From: Octopus vulgaris
Taxonomy: Eukaryota
Length of the DNA: 64,000 nt
Assembly: GCA_951406725.2 (NCBI GenBank)
Contig: OX597815.1
Span: 71,238,001-71,302,000 of the forward strand
Direction of reading: 5' to 3'
The notes under the pieces are model-generated. The model was not told the DNA's origin. It did no database searches and saw only the letters and a list, made by a program, of their open reading frames with translations. Shown here piece after piece: positions 37,131-53,465 of the stretch. The position numbers and the translations under genes were made by a program. The first letter of the stretch is position 1. Each line of letters begins with the position of its first letter.

Positions 37131-38944
37131 GTTATAAATTAGAAATTTCATAAATGAAGATATTGAAACCTAGAAAACTTATTACATTTCATACTCACCA
37201 TCGTAAGATACGGACACGGGTGAGGGCTTGATGCAAACAGATCGATATTAAAACTAGCCTTAAGGTGACGAGCTGGCAGAATCGCTATCACGCCGGGCAA
37301 AATGATTAGCGGCATTTCGTCCATCTTCACGTTCTTAGTTCAAATTCTGCCGAGGTCGAATTTAATCTAAGGCTGTCGCAAGTGCAAATATTGGTTTAAG
37401 TCTAACTTGGCTAACTTTTGCACAAATCAGTAAATGTTTTCAATATTGATTTCAATATTGAACAAACATGAACTCAAAACGTTCAGAATATTCGTCACTG
37501 AGGAGACCAAAACATGTGGAAACACTGTCTCTGAAGATCCACCAGAGTTCTGAGTGAAGCCCTGTATTTTTAACACGTAAATCTCTTAGATGGGTTTTTT
37601 TCGAGACAAACCATTATAGCTGTTGTTCTATGTTTTTATACAATATTTTATACACACCAGTATCATAAACGAAGCCTTTTGTACCAAATTTTCGGTGTCA
37701 TGTTCTTGCTAATTTATTTAGCGTCCCGTTGAAAACATTATAATGATCAGGTATTACTACTAAAACTAGACTATTGATGCCTATTATCTATTCTTTTCAC
37801 ATTTAAGTATTAAACTAATGCATCTCTAATACTCTTCTCTAACCTTTCCATTATTTATTTATTTACGATATACTTTATTTAATTCAGTGATACTTAAGTA
37901 ATGTATTTCGTCTAATTCCCTTATCTCTGTTTCTTATTTAGCATAGTATTTGTGTTCGTTATATATTTTCCTCTTATCAAGGTTGCCTCATTTTTCTCAT
38001 CTGAATCTTACTCTAATTCCTCAATTAAATTAATGTATCATCCGCGACAGTACTTCTAGTTGAGATCCATTTGCAGCTTACAAAAGATGGTTGGTTTTTA
38101 TCACATAGTTTTTGTATTGAAGTCCATTCTGGGTTAACATGTTGGTTAATGATGTCAACATCAAGTAGAAAATTAATGGAAAGAAGTAATCCGCTTGAAA
38201 TATTCTTTCTTATTATTCTTTATATATTTTTTATTGTTTTATTATCTAACTGCGATTCTATAAACTGTTCTGGTAAACAGTTTATTTATTAGCAGCAGAC
38301 ACGTGTCAGGTGATAGAGAGAGGAATCATTTGTTGGTCTTTACGTGAAGATTATTATATTGTTATTCTGTTGGCAAGGAATCCTTGACACTTAATCCACA
38401 TTAAATGGATGTTAAACGTGGCTCTCGTCAAACAGTGCGTTACGTCAACCGACAATCACAAAAAAAAATGTATGTAGGCCATGTCAAAACTTTTTCAGCT
38501 TCTGATGCTCTTTAGATCAAGTATCAAATCAGGTATTGAAATACGTTTGGAGATGATTTCTTTCTCTCTCTTTCTCTCCATCTCCCAGTCTCTACTTCAT
38601 TATTGCTGCATTATCTCCATTAGTCAGATATTGTTTCTCTTAGACTTGATTTCGATTTCAAAAATGGGTTTCCAAAATATTTCTAATGTTTATTTAGTGA
38701 GTATCGCCTATATTATTGCAACATATTGTCCTACAGAAGGCGTGGTTTTCAGAGTAAGATTATGCTTTAATGTTAAACATTTTAAAATCTAATATTTAAA
38801 GTGGATTATTTTTGCTTTAAGCTTTAGCAGATATATCCTTAGAATTAATCCTACGCCTTTGCTTAGATATAGATTCGCAGTTTACCCAATATTGCTATAT
38901 TTGGCAATTTTCATCAGTGAGTGTTAAACCACAACGTAAATAAG

Positions 38945-39085
38945 AAGCACGCCCACCGACATATATTATAGCCAATCACAACTTGTGGCGGCTGTGATAA
39001 AAAATCAACAAACATCAAAAGAACCTTCAGAGTTTTCGCGCCGAAATGCAAGCAGAAAATTCTGGAAACATCTGCCATTTTCGTT
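38945..39085 (+). promoter_or_regulatory. Candidate Pol II promoter motif cluster (Sp/KLF, CCAAT, E2F, YY1-like)
   Basis: CACGCCC at 38948-38954, AGCCAATCA at 38970-38978, TTTTCGCGCCGAAA at 39033-39046 and GCCATTTT at 39074-39081, all within non-repetitive-looking sequence. No downstream exon identified. Confidence 0.3.
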
Positions 39086-39552
39086 ATAAATGAATTTCGA
39101 TTTCAAAATTCCCAGGGCTGTCTTAATTGCGATCAAAGGTTTGCCTCACAGTCAGACCTTTAAAATACACTCTCCCAACTCACACTTACATCATTTTCTG
39201 GTATTCCTTCTCTCTTACGTACATCCTGTAAGAGACATCAAACAGACAACTCTTATGTATTTGTTTCTCAGACACATATACACAACAGATATATCTTTCG
39301 TATTTTATCTTTTATTTGTCTCGGTTATTGGACTGCGGCCATGCTGGAGCCTAGTCAAACAAAACAATCCCAGTACTTAGGCTTTAAAAAATGGATTTCT
39401 ACCGGTCCCTTTTGTCGGACCGCTAAGTTTCGGAGACACTAACAACACTAACTGTGAAACAGTGGTGAGGGATAAACACACATATACTCACACATTCACA
39501 ATCCCACACGTTCAGTCATATGTGCGTGTGTGTGCGTGTAAATACATATATA

Positions 39553-39584
<32 letters not shown>

Positions 39585-41153
39585 TCGATGGGTAAATGAA
39601 TTATTCTATGTTTACCGTTAACATGGAAAATTCAATGAACCGTTACCAGGGTAGCAAATTCACGTCAGAAACACGGTTGAAGCGACCTATCCAAAGGTAG
39701 AATCTCCGGGTTAATGTGCATTAATTTGTCTTCGAAACATATGTCGAAAGTAAAGGAATTTTATTAACATCTTCGTTCAACTCCATTTATATATATATAT
39801 ATACGACAGGCTTCTGCACAGTTTTCATCTACCAAATGCATTCACAAAACATTAGTCAGTCATGAACTTTGCTCAAGGTGTCACGCAGCGGATCTAAACC
39901 CGAGATCATGTGGTTGCAAAACAAGCATCATAACCACACACCCATGCCAGTGCCTATCAATATAACAACCCTCTGTTACTAAAATAACATGAATAAATAT
40001 TGATTTAAGAAATATCTTTCTTCTTCTCCTTCATCCTTAAATGCAGTCTTCAAACAACAACACGTCTTTCTTTTTCATCAGCTCATATTCAACGTCATAA
40101 AATGCTGGAGTTGTGTTTGTTCATCGTTTATATCATATTTAATCATCTACGCTACGTATTTTTGTCAGATTTTTTAAAGGGTTATATAATGTCATCTGGA
40201 TTATTTTACTTGCTTCGCTACGTCGAATATTAATTCTGCACTGTAATTTATGCTTCCACTCGTTTAATCTACGTCAGTAACTGCTGTATTTCATAGCGAC
40301 ACATTATTTAAAGTTGTATAGTCTATTTTTGTGATTATGCAAGCATATAAGCAATTGCTTAACTGGGTGATAGAACAGAGTATCAGAATCTTGTGATTTG
40401 TTATTCCCCTTTGTACACTGGTGATAGCGTTTCTTAATTTATGCCGGCATTTAAGAGGTTGTCTCTTAAACGTATGTCTACAATTCACGAGATAAGCAGT
40501 TTAGCAAGCTTATACGTATCGTTGGCCTTTGGAGGGTGAATGGGGTCAATAACAAAGGTCTGATTCATTGTCACTAAAGAAATACGGCAGCTGATACTGT
40601 AATAATTACTTGTATCGTTCATATTTCTACACTGCAATAACTATTATTTACATCATGTTTCATATTTCTATACAACTGCAATAATTATTATTTACATCAG
40701 AACCGTCGTTTCCTCTATTTACGGCACCAATAATTAAATTTTAACACTTCACTTTAAAGCTCGAATTCTTACTTCGTCAACCAATGTCCATTGTTGATGT
40801 GTATTTTCTTGTTTTCATAACTGAATATTTGTATTTTTATTTGCTTGTCACTGTTCAGCTCAAATTATATCTGTGCATCTTTGTTTTCAGTATTGATGCA
40901 TCAACCATCTGTATGAAGCATGCACTTTTATGAAAATAGCTCCTGACAACGTTCAGCTGCATTCCGTTTTGCCAACGGAAACAAAATTATTTATTTTTAT
41001 CATTGATATTTAATGCTCATTGTTACATTGCTGGACTTTTTTCGATTATCTGTCCCATATAAGGTTGGAATTTCTCCAATTTGACCTGGATTTTTCGTTG
41101 CTTCGTTGGTCTATTAAAATTATTTTCCGTGTTATTCAAATTGGCTTTCAATT

Positions 41154-41304
<151 letters not shown>

Positions 41305-41769
41305 TGATAAATATTTTGTAAAACCTTTTAAATTTTCGAACGACTGAAATGTGCGTTATAGAAGAACTTTGGAAAAATAGTTTTAAAAAAAAAATTTGAA
41401 AGGAAACAATTACCTATAAATGATTGCAGACCAACTCCGAAATTACCTAATTTGCGAAGTTCCAACAAGAAATGTATTCGGCGACGAGGTTAACGAAGGA
41501 GATAACTTCAGAGATGCTTTGTCGCTCATAAGTCTAACCCTAGCTGAGACCAGCACACAGGCCAATGTACAGAAGTCTTTAATTTTCCTAGTTGTTGCTG
41601 GTCTGAGGGTTGTATCCAATCTGGAACTAAGCAACTGAAGAGGAAGGATACGAACGCTCTCTTCGATTTCATTCACAATTTTCAGCTCATTCCCACAGCT
41701 ATTTCCGACCAAAGCATTATACAATTATCTGTATATGGTACGAAGTGGGTAACACACACAAATAACCTC

Positions 41770-43742
41770 AAACATGACTCACTCATCATGAACTTGAGTT
41801 TCAGGAAAGCCGACTGGAGAGATATCGAAGCCAAAATCCTCAAAAGAAATTGGTCTCAGAGTTTTAGCAACCTCAATATTAAGGAGGGAATTAAGTTTTT
41901 GTACAAAGAGCTGATCAAGATCTGTTGAACTTATGTCCCAAATAAATGCCTATTCCCACAAGAACTTGATTCCACGAGATAGAGGGAAACTAATACATAA
42001 CAGAACCAAACACATAACCAGATTGGCTCTCTCGTGGATCAAAATGTTAACGATCCATCACAAATATCCACATTCTTGAGTCAAGAATATAACAAAGCAG
42101 TTTCCCAACCTATAGTTAACAAAATAGTTCATAATCCAAACGAATATTTTGATCCCCACAACTCAACTGCAGAGACACATCTAAAAATTAATGATATAGA
42201 AGATGATACACTTACAGCTATTAATGACTCATATTCAAACTCAGCATCTGTACCAGATGATCTCCCAACCATATTGTTAAAAACGTGCAAACACCGCCTC
42301 ATGAAATCATTGGAGGTACTTTTTCAAAAGTCGCTAGATACCGACATATTCCCAGGACTACTGAAAGACGCAGTAATAATACCTGTATACAAAGGAAGTA
42401 GCAGGGTTGAAGCTAAAAGTTACAGACCTGTTTCCCTCACATCTCACACATCTAAAATTATCAAACGCCTTGTCCATAGGTAAAAAAGTGATAGTAACAT
42501 ATTTGGAGGAAAACCATTTAGATAACACACGGCATGGGTTTCGGAATGGATGAAGTTGCCTGTCACAACTATTACAACATCATGGTATTACCCTGAATAA
42601 TTTCTTGAGGGGAAAGAGCACTGACTATTAATATTGTGATCTTGTTAAGGCATCTGAGAAGATTGATCATGGAATCATCTGTCATAAGTTAAGAAACCTT
42701 GATATCATAGCAAAAGTTGGAGAATGGCTCTTTAACTCCCTATACGGTAGGGGTCAAACTGTTACTGCAAATGGTTTTCTTTCTGCTTAGTTATCTTTAA
42801 TTACTCGTATACATCAAGGAGCGAATTACACCGAAGACACAAAAATATCGATGTATAAGCTAAAATATCGATGTATAAGCTAAACAATGGGCAGGTAGAA
42901 ACAATGTAAAATTTAGTAAGTCAAAATTTCAGCTTTTTCATTACAGAGGGAATACCCACAAATCGCAATATTTGACACAAGGTAGCATAAGGATTCAGAG
43001 CACTTATGATGCATTTTTCATCAGCCATATTATCAAACTAGACTTTAAATGCAGCTAACTCATAGGTTAGTTTCTACGAACTTTCATGACAAGAGAACCG
43101 GTAGTTAGGCTAACTTTATAGAAAACCCTAGTTTTGAGCAGATTAGATTACTGCCTAAGTTTTAATGTCCTAACTCATCCGATCTCATGGAAGAAATTGA
43201 AGGGTTACAAAAAACGTTCACCAGTAAAATACCTTCGGTTAAAAGCCCTGTTTGTTGGGAACGTCTGAAAGCGCTGTGTCTCTACTCTCTTGAATGCCGA
43301 AAAGAAATATATACCATTCACATACGTATGGAAAATCGTGGAGGGGCATGTTCCAAACTTCGACATTGGAGAGAATTTTAATGCCTGTACTCTTATATAC
43401 TGTCAGCTTCCAAATATACTACCTTCGAAATCATGTGCAAAAATAAGTGTACCGATCTCGTATTCATAGGGACCAAACTGTTTAACTATCTAAATTAATC
43501 AGAAATATAAAAGAGACTTCTACAGAAACATTAACCCTACCCCCACAAGAAATCATTAGATGAACTCTTAACGACGATACCATACTAATGAACCATTCAA
43601 GGATGCACTCAGTGGAGATCAGCAGCTAGAAAACTCAATCATGGACCGCCTCCCAGTCAAAAAGCAAGAACAAAACTAATGGAAAACGAATTAAGGCGAT
43701 GCTCCAGTATGGCCACAGTACTATCATTAAAAGAATAAAAGT
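41770..43742 (+). mobile_element. Degenerate CR1-group LINE ORF2 (RT) with 3' tail
   Basis: FRKADW; LKDAVIIPVYKG...SYRPVSLTSHTSKIIKRLV; HGFRNG*SCLSQLL; DLVKASEKIDHGII; IEGLQKTFTSKI...WERLKALCLYSLE; tail GGCGATGCTCCAGTATGGCCACAG...AAAAGAATAAAAG. Confidence 0.88.
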
Positions 43743-43758
43743 ACACGAGTCCGTGTGC

Positions 43759-43847
<89 letters not shown>

Positions 43848-44284
43848 TTAAAGCATGATTCGTCTTGTTTCAATATTGTACCAGACGGCAGTTTTCATTA
43901 ACTATTCCCAATGGTACCACTAACAACAATCTTTAATATCAATGCCAAATACGTGTGCCTATATATGTGTGAATATATAAATCAGACTGAAACAGGGTAC
44001 AGCTCTCCGGCTAACCAGTTCCAATCAAACAGTGTAATCCATGCCAGCATGGAAACCGGATACTAAATGATGATGATCCCTCTTCCAAGAAATCTAATGC
44101 TCGTAGCTTAGTTTTTCCTTGGGGCTGGCCGGATCGGAGCGATCTCAAGATTAATCAGCCGAAATTGCTAGGATGATCCGGTTCTTGACTGAAGATTGAA
44201 GGCTTCGAATGTCCCGTCCGTGTTTTTTGTATCGTCTTCAAAATGTTTTACGTTCTTGTCCCAGTTTGTATTTTTCTACATATA

Positions 44285-44318
<34 letters not shown>

Positions 44319-44384
44319 GCATGCACGTTCACGCACATACACACATACAAATGTATATGTACATTTGTATGTGTATATATTTAC

Positions 44385-44545
44385 AGGCGTGACTGTGTGA
44401 TAAGAAGTTTGCTTCTTACCCACATGGTTCTGGTTTCAGCCTCACTGCGTGCACCTTGGCCAAGTCTCTTCTGCTATAGCCTCGGGCCGATCAAAGCTGT
44501 GTGAGTGGATTTGGTTGACAGAAACTGAAAAAGCCCTTTGTATAT
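44385..44545 (+). mobile_element. SINE family B, 5' part
   Basis: GGCGTGACTGTGTGATAAGAAG...CACATGGTTCTGGTTTCAG...GCACCTTGGCCAAGTCTCTTCTGCTATAGCCTCGGGCCGA, matching 948-1090. Confidence 0.8.
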
Positions 44546-45799
44546 ATATATAATGTGGACGTCCTATGCATAATTTTTTTATTAGTCAATGTAAAGCCGC
44601 CACCCGCTTCTCTTCATACTCAGTGCTACCCCACGCAGCCGTCAACATTTGGTCGACATTGTCTCTATTTTCTATCCTTCTCTCTCGTCTTCTCTGTCCT
44701 CTTGTTTGCAAAACCTTGCCTATCTATTTCTATCTGTCTTTCTCTCTACTTATCAGCTTCCTTTCTCTCTTTGCTACCCTTCATTTCTTCCGCTGTCTGT
44801 CGCTGTCAACTACCTCCTATCTATCTTTATTTCTTTCTTTCTCTATACTCCATCTTTCTTCCTAAATGCCCTCCCCAGCCTGTGGGCTCTTTCTCCCTTC
44901 TCTTTTCGGTGCCACCAATATTTCTATCATTCAGCCTAGGTAAGACGTTTATTTTTTCCAGCTCCAGCCTAGCATTTACTTCAGACCCTCGATTTATCTT
45001 TTTATTTTTCATTCTATCTTTTCTTTCCTTCTGTCTTTATTCCATTCTATCCCATCTTTTCATCCTCTCCAGTTCTTTAAGATATAGTTCTCTTTTAGCG
45101 TTACTACTAATCATATCTTAAAGCCGTGGTATAGGTAAAAGGCCTTATATATTGACGACTTTCATTTTTTTTTATCTTGTCCTAATTCTGTCGTATTATC
45201 GAAAGGCCTCCTGCGTATATATAAAATGACACATGTTTATGTTTATGTTTCCGATACTGCCCTGTCTTTTCCTTATATATATATATATATATGAAAGAAG
45301 GTTTGAAAATGCAATTTTAAAGATGTTTATTCACTTGAGCGGTTTCACTTTTTTAGAAAAAGAGTGTCAAAAGTAAAATGTAAAGCTTTGTATAAGCTTT
45401 GTTGTGTTAAGTACTGGTTGTCACAAAAATATTAAAATACATATATACATTCTTTGATAATAACGAGAAAATGTTAAAAACAGTTTACAAGAAAATATTT
45501 AAGAAAATATTCAACAAAAAAGTATTAGGAGTTCTATATAAATCATGTTTGTTTGGTAGTATATATATATATATATATACACACACACAGAAGGAGATAT
45601 ATTTAAGAATTTACAAAAAATTGGAGAGAAACAAACCTGTCTTTTTGGCAATATGTCTGTTTTGATGTCAAGATTGGAAAAATTCACCTTGTTCATAAAA
45701 AGCTTTGGGCCTGGGTTTGCACCTCTTAAGCAAATTTCGTTCCCGGGCCACTGCCAGCTGCATATGGTTGTTGTTATTGTCGTTGTTGTTGTTGTTGTT

Positions 45800-46348
45800 G
45801 ACTGAGAGAGCAACGCATGGCATCAAAGTGACACATGGGGTACGAATATACGAAGCTCAATATACTCCTCATTACTACCCGTCTGATAAGGGTACACTAG
45901 GCACATGCATCAAAACCGTATGCACGCGACATGGTGATCCCATAACAAGATAAACAGCGCATGACCTTGCAGGTGGAACCCAGTAAGAATTTTCTTCAGG
46001 CCGAGTATCCCATCCCGCTCAAAAGGTCCCTGAATAAGGGTTGCTTAAGGATGATGAACGAAACACCCATGTTTTCAGAGGTGAATTATTCAAACCCCAA
46101 ATAAATCCTCTCAACACATGGTTATGACGCTCCCACGCTACTCCTGTTCATGATTAGAGATGCACATATCCTCAGCTTCTTAACTGATTAAGCTCAATCA
46201 ACTGACAAGTAAATCTGTGGTATTGAGCAGAATATTTGTTGTAGCCTATCTTTCATACCAAGAAAAAGCATATGTATGCGAACATTTCCAATCAGTTAAG
46301 ATCAGAAACCATGCGAGTCACTGACTGGTATTGCATCAGGGCACTATC
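45800..46348 (-). mobile_element. ~550-bp non-coding interspersed repeat embedded in (AAT)n/(AAC)n
   Basis: Reverse complement of 54717-55270, with a partial copy at 19178-19300. Trinucleotide tracts lie at both ends. Confidence 0.8.
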
Positions 46349-46349
46349 A

Positions 46350-46380
<31 letters not shown>

Positions 46381-46422
46381 TGTTATTATTATTATTATTA
46401 TCATTATTATTATTATTATTAT

Positions 46423-46454
<32 letters not shown>

Positions 46455-46604
46455 TTTTATCATCATCACAATCGTTTACTTTTAATCAGCGGCCTAGGGC
46501 AAGTGAAGGTTAAAAGATGTTGAAATATAACTGAAAGCTTGACAAGGGCAGTAGAGAAATACCTCCATATGACAAACATTTTAATTGATAGGGTTTTGCT
46601 AAGG

Positions 46605-46823
<219 letters not shown>

Positions 46824-46949
46824 AATTGCCTCGGCTTTTCAATTCATTAACCTTCAGCGTATGATGAAGTTGCTTAAAACAGGAATGGGTTGATCCCTAT
46901 TACTTTACTTATCTTATTGCCAGTATTAAGCTCACTTATCAATATTTGT

Positions 46950-48330
46950 CTAACTTTTCTATAAAACTCATTTCCAATTTTCTCCTCCATTTATGCGCAT
47001 TATATTTTATCAATTTCATTAACTTCTAAATATTTGTAGGTTTAGTTCTGGTCTAATTCTCAAATTTCAGTGTTTTTATCTAATGTAATATTCTCAGTTT
47101 CAGTTAATTCACCTCTTAGCTTTAAACTCGTTTTTATATGTCTTCAGTGAATTTGTAATTAATTTTTACTACTTTTTTCTCAACATGATATTATCCTTTG
47201 TAAACAATTCTATGTCATCCATACCGAGAAAATGGTTTATATTTTGTTTGTAGCATCTACAAGTATTGGGGATTTCGTTTAATAGTTTGGTTAAGGGAGT
47301 CAGAGCTAAGTAAATGAGTAATAGGGACTAATATGTCTCTTTTGAAGATTCCACTTACATCAACATAGGGGTATTTTTGGTTTTCTTCTTTTTGCTCTGT
47401 AGTCAGGATGTTGGTTTCCAGTTCGACATAATTTTGTGCATGATGTTTGTTAGTATTGAAGTCACTTCATTTATGTACAATGTCTCCGGTATGCAAGAGA
47501 GTGATATACTATCAAATGCTTTTTCAGTAAACGATCCAGGTCATGCTAAGATTTGCTTTCCTCATTTGCTGTCTTCTGTAATATATCGGTCCACTAGTAG
47601 TTGCTCTTTACAGTTACACATTTTCTGTACTAGTAAGATGATATTCCTCTCCTGGTGAGTAACCAGCCTGTTGCAGAATATGAATGAATGTGAGGGCTTT
47701 GTACATCGTTGACAAACAAGTTATAGGCCTGGGTGGCTAACCACAACATTAGTGATTTTTCAGTCATTGTTTCCATATATCAATGTTGACAGATTCTGCC
47801 CTAGTAAGCGACTGGCAGTGAGTACATACAACTGACAAAGTTCAACGAGGCAAAATGTACACCAAGCATTCTCAACGCCGATGCTGGGCGGCTTTCGTCT
47901 GCTGCTCATATAGTTTTGTGTTTTCAAACACAGTGCGTCCATAAGGGATATTATCCCCTCAAAAATATCAGACTTAATGTAGCTCTCATGGTTATATCTG
48001 TATTAAGTATGATATAGAGATGGCTATAAGCTTGTCTTTGTTATTTCTGCTCTAGAGAATTATCGTTGCTGTTCCCTCCAGCAACCGTTCACATATGTTA
48101 GTCTATTGAATTCTACCTCCGCATATCTATGAGTAGTATTCAGGTTTTTCAACCAGATATTGGAGTGAAGCCTAAGGGTTTCCAGTTGTTTGCAGTTATT
48201 AACGTGTTGGTGAGTTCTTTACCTGATCCTGTAGACAATATGTGTACTATATTATTTTTCATCTTCCCCACTGATCCATTGTGCTTTCTTCCATATTCCT
48301 TCTCAGTATGTTTAAATTACCCTAGACGTC
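46950..48330 (-). mobile_element. Highly degenerate R4/Dong-like RT region
   Basis: Minus translations KAFDSISLSCI (cf. KAFDSVPHSWI), SGIFKRD (cf. GIFQGD) and INHFLGMDDIELF (cf. HLLYMDDLKLY). A similar fragment IFQGVSLSPLIF lies on + at ~22140-22200. Confidence 0.65.
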
Positions 48331-48429
48331 ACTATTTCCTCTAACTTTGTATGTGTGCATGTGTGTGTGTGTGCATGCGTGCGTGTGTGTGTGTGTTTGT
48401 GTATGTTTTAAATTATAAAAAGAAATAAA

Positions 48430-48678
48430 TGCGCCCTTTTAAAGCCTAGCTAGGCTCATGGGCCCAGTTTCCCGGTTTCTATGGCGTATGTGTTCTCCAG
48501 CTGGACGGAAACGCCAGTCCATCGCAGCGTTACTCGTTTTTGCCAGCTGAGCAATTGGAGCAACATGAAATGAATGTGTTTTGCGCAAGAGCACAACGCG
48601 TCGCCCGGTCCAGGAATCGAAACCACAATCTTACGATCATGATGCTGACACCCTAACCACTAAGCCACGTGCCTCCAC
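48430..48678 (-). mobile_element. CORE-like SINE family C, full length
   Basis: Minus strand GGAGGCACGTGGCTTAGTGGTTAGGGTGTCAG...GGTTTCGATTCCTGGACC...GTTGCTCCAATTGCTCAGCTGGCAAAAA. Confidence 0.85.
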
Positions 48679-49219
48679 GTTTTAAAACATAGTTTGTTAT
48701 AATAACCCCTATAAAATGCTTTTGATATTTAATTCAAATACTTTTTTTTCTTTCAGAACAAGTGTCCTGAGATTTTTTCCGTCGCGTCTTAATTTCCATG
48801 TTTTTCTCATCCGAATAAGTTTTTCTTTCCTTTCCAGGATGTCATCTCTTTTATTGATGCAATACATTTTAGTTATTTCTTGCATAGTCATTACATAGAC
48901 CTCGGCGGTTTTTTTCTTTTTTTTCATTTTATAAACATTGTCGAACTCCTTTTGTCATCATTTACGACCTTATTAATGAAATGTCCTCTATACTCCAAGT
49001 CAACTGAGAGCACGTCATTGGTGACGTCGCGAATGGCAACGAAATTGGTTGATTGATTAATCGATTGATAGATTAATTAATTGATTCATTCATTGACCGA
49101 TCGATTAATCAAATAATCGATTAGTCAAATGGTTAAATAGTTAACCAATTGGCAAATAAATAATAAAGAAGTAAAACAGAAACAGTGCATGTGTTTTATT
49201 GGCATAATGACCTTCCAAA

Positions 49220-51070
<1,851 letters not shown>

Positions 51071-52384
51071 ACTACCCGTAAAAAAACCACCCCTCACTTG
51101 CTTCTACCATAATCCGTTCTTGAACGTAAAACGAGTATTTGATGAAAAGTAGATAACCTGGTCACTATTGCTAATTTAAAAAGCTTTCAGTTGCCAATAA
51201 AATCGCTTCTTAATTTAATTTAAAATGCTATTTAAAATCTAATAACTAAAAACAAAAAAATAGTGTGTAAAAAAAACAAGCGAAGCAAATAAAGAAAGAA
51301 ATAAACAAGCAATTACGCTATCATGAAAGATGCTTTTTATTTTTGTTATTTAATGTTTGTATTTTGTTGTTGCTGTTGTTAGTGTTTTTGTTGTTGTTTT
51401 TGTTGTTGATTTGCTGTTAATAAATATGTTTTTGTGTTAAAATGAAAAATTTAATTTAAGAATATTTTATATGATGTTAATGATGTTAATAATGTTAATG
51501 ATCTTAATGATGATGGTGATGATGACGACGATGATGACGATGATGTTGATGATGATGAGTGGGAGGAGGATTTCTTTTATTCGCCACAAGGGCATCAGAT
51601 GAGGACAGTTTATAATAGTGTGAGGTTTTATATAAAAAGATGAGGGGAAGAAAGGGAGAATATGAGGTAGGGGAATACGATAAAAGTATATACAGTATAG
51701 AAATATATCTATAACGCAATCCTCGTTATAGAAGAGATTCGCCATCTAGGGTCAATCAGGACCACAGATCTCCTTGACCACCAAGAGCACATGCCCTTGC
51801 CCAACAACTGTTCTCCAATCTGTAGGTGCACACATAGAACAGGTCTATCCACCTATTAACACATTTCACTGAGTAAGAGCATTTCCCTCTCCTCACTCAT
51901 TTTCCTTTCCAAATGGAACTCAAAAACGTCGATGAGGGCTTGACCGTGTAGGAAGGTGTCTGTTTTTAATCATTTCAGCTTCGTCCACCACATAACTGTT
52001 TTGCTGTAGCCACATAAACAGAGGAACATCGCATACCCCACCTTGTTAAAGCAGGTGGTGGGGCGATCCTCTTGATGAATTCGATCGATCATTTGATTCA
52101 TCTTACATGCGACAACAGCTATTCAACATTAAGTCAGCAATGCTCGAACGAGTGCGTGTAATACGGTTTCGTCGCTCTGCATGTATATCAGGCAGTCCCG
52201 TCTTCCGTGTCTGTACAGTTTGGCTCGAACCGGCAGTGCTCCTCAGTAGCAATCACGGACATTTCTGGGAGTTGTTCGTGGTAGTCTCCAGCCCGAACAT
52301 CCACCTCAACAAACCAGCAGGTTCATCCCTGTCGTCGCCTAGAATTTCCCCACATAATAATAATAATAATAATAATCATAATGA

Positions 52385-53400
52385 GGAACTTTTGAAGCAC
52401 CGAATGCGGCTGAAAGCCCAACGGCTTAGAAGGCATGAGAAAAGAATCAAATTTTATCAAGGTATTCAAGATGGATGCAAAGAAATTTTATGGGGAAATT
52501 GGCAAAAGTAAGATAGAAGTAAATGAGCCACCTAAGACTGAAGAAATGAAAGAGTTTTGGTAGAAGATATGGAATAACAAAAAGAATGTAATGCTGAAGC
52601 TGACTGGATAGAGCGTGAGAAAATAGATGAAGTTGAAGAGCAGAAATAGAGGCAATAGAAACAGAAGAGCTAAGGTGTTCTTAGAAAGTCTCATAAATGA
52701 AAATCCCAAACTTTTGGCTGAATAATTTGATAGAAGTACACCAAAATGTCGCTGCATCTCTAACTGATGTCATCCAGAACCCAGAGCAAATACCTGCCTG
52801 GTTTACTGAAGGAACAACATACCTTCCACCAAAAGCTGAAGATACAAAAGATCCAAAGAACTACCGACCAATAACATGTCTCAACACCACCTACAAGCTG
52901 TGGAGCCAGAAGTCCCGGCATGGACAGTTCATTCTTCGAAGTCGAAATGCTGATGTAGACCAAGCAGCAAACCATCAGTGCCTGTGAAGTTCAGAACTGA
53001 AAGCAGAGACTGAAGGTTTCATATTGGTGGCACAAGATCAAAGTTTGCTTGCTAGAACTACCAATCTAACGTTCTTCAAAACAGTTCTTACACTAAATGC
53101 AGATTCTGCGACACATGTGACGAAGCAATAGACCATCTCATCTCTGGATGTCCTGTGCTAACACCAAACGAATACAACGAATACAAAAATCGCCACGATA
53201 GAGTAGGACAATATTTACATTGGAAAATATGTAAACACTACAAAATCGGGACTCCCGCTTACTGGTATGAACATTATTCTAAGCCAGAGGTTGAAGGTAA
53301 AAATGTCACTATCCTCTGACTCATATATATAATAGACCAGACATAATTATCAAAGACAGGGAAGAAAATATTTGTAGACTAATAGATGTAGTGTTCCTAC
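52385..53400 (+). mobile_element. Older, internally deleted R4/Dong-like LINE
   Basis: Starts after (AAT)n. KAQRLRRHEKR; DPKNYRPITCLNTTYKL; then jumps to LKAETEGFILVAQDQ...CRFCDTCDEAIDHLISGC...RHDRVGQYLHWKICKHY (CCHC plus RLE). Confidence 0.85.
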
Positions 53401-53465
<65 letters not shown>

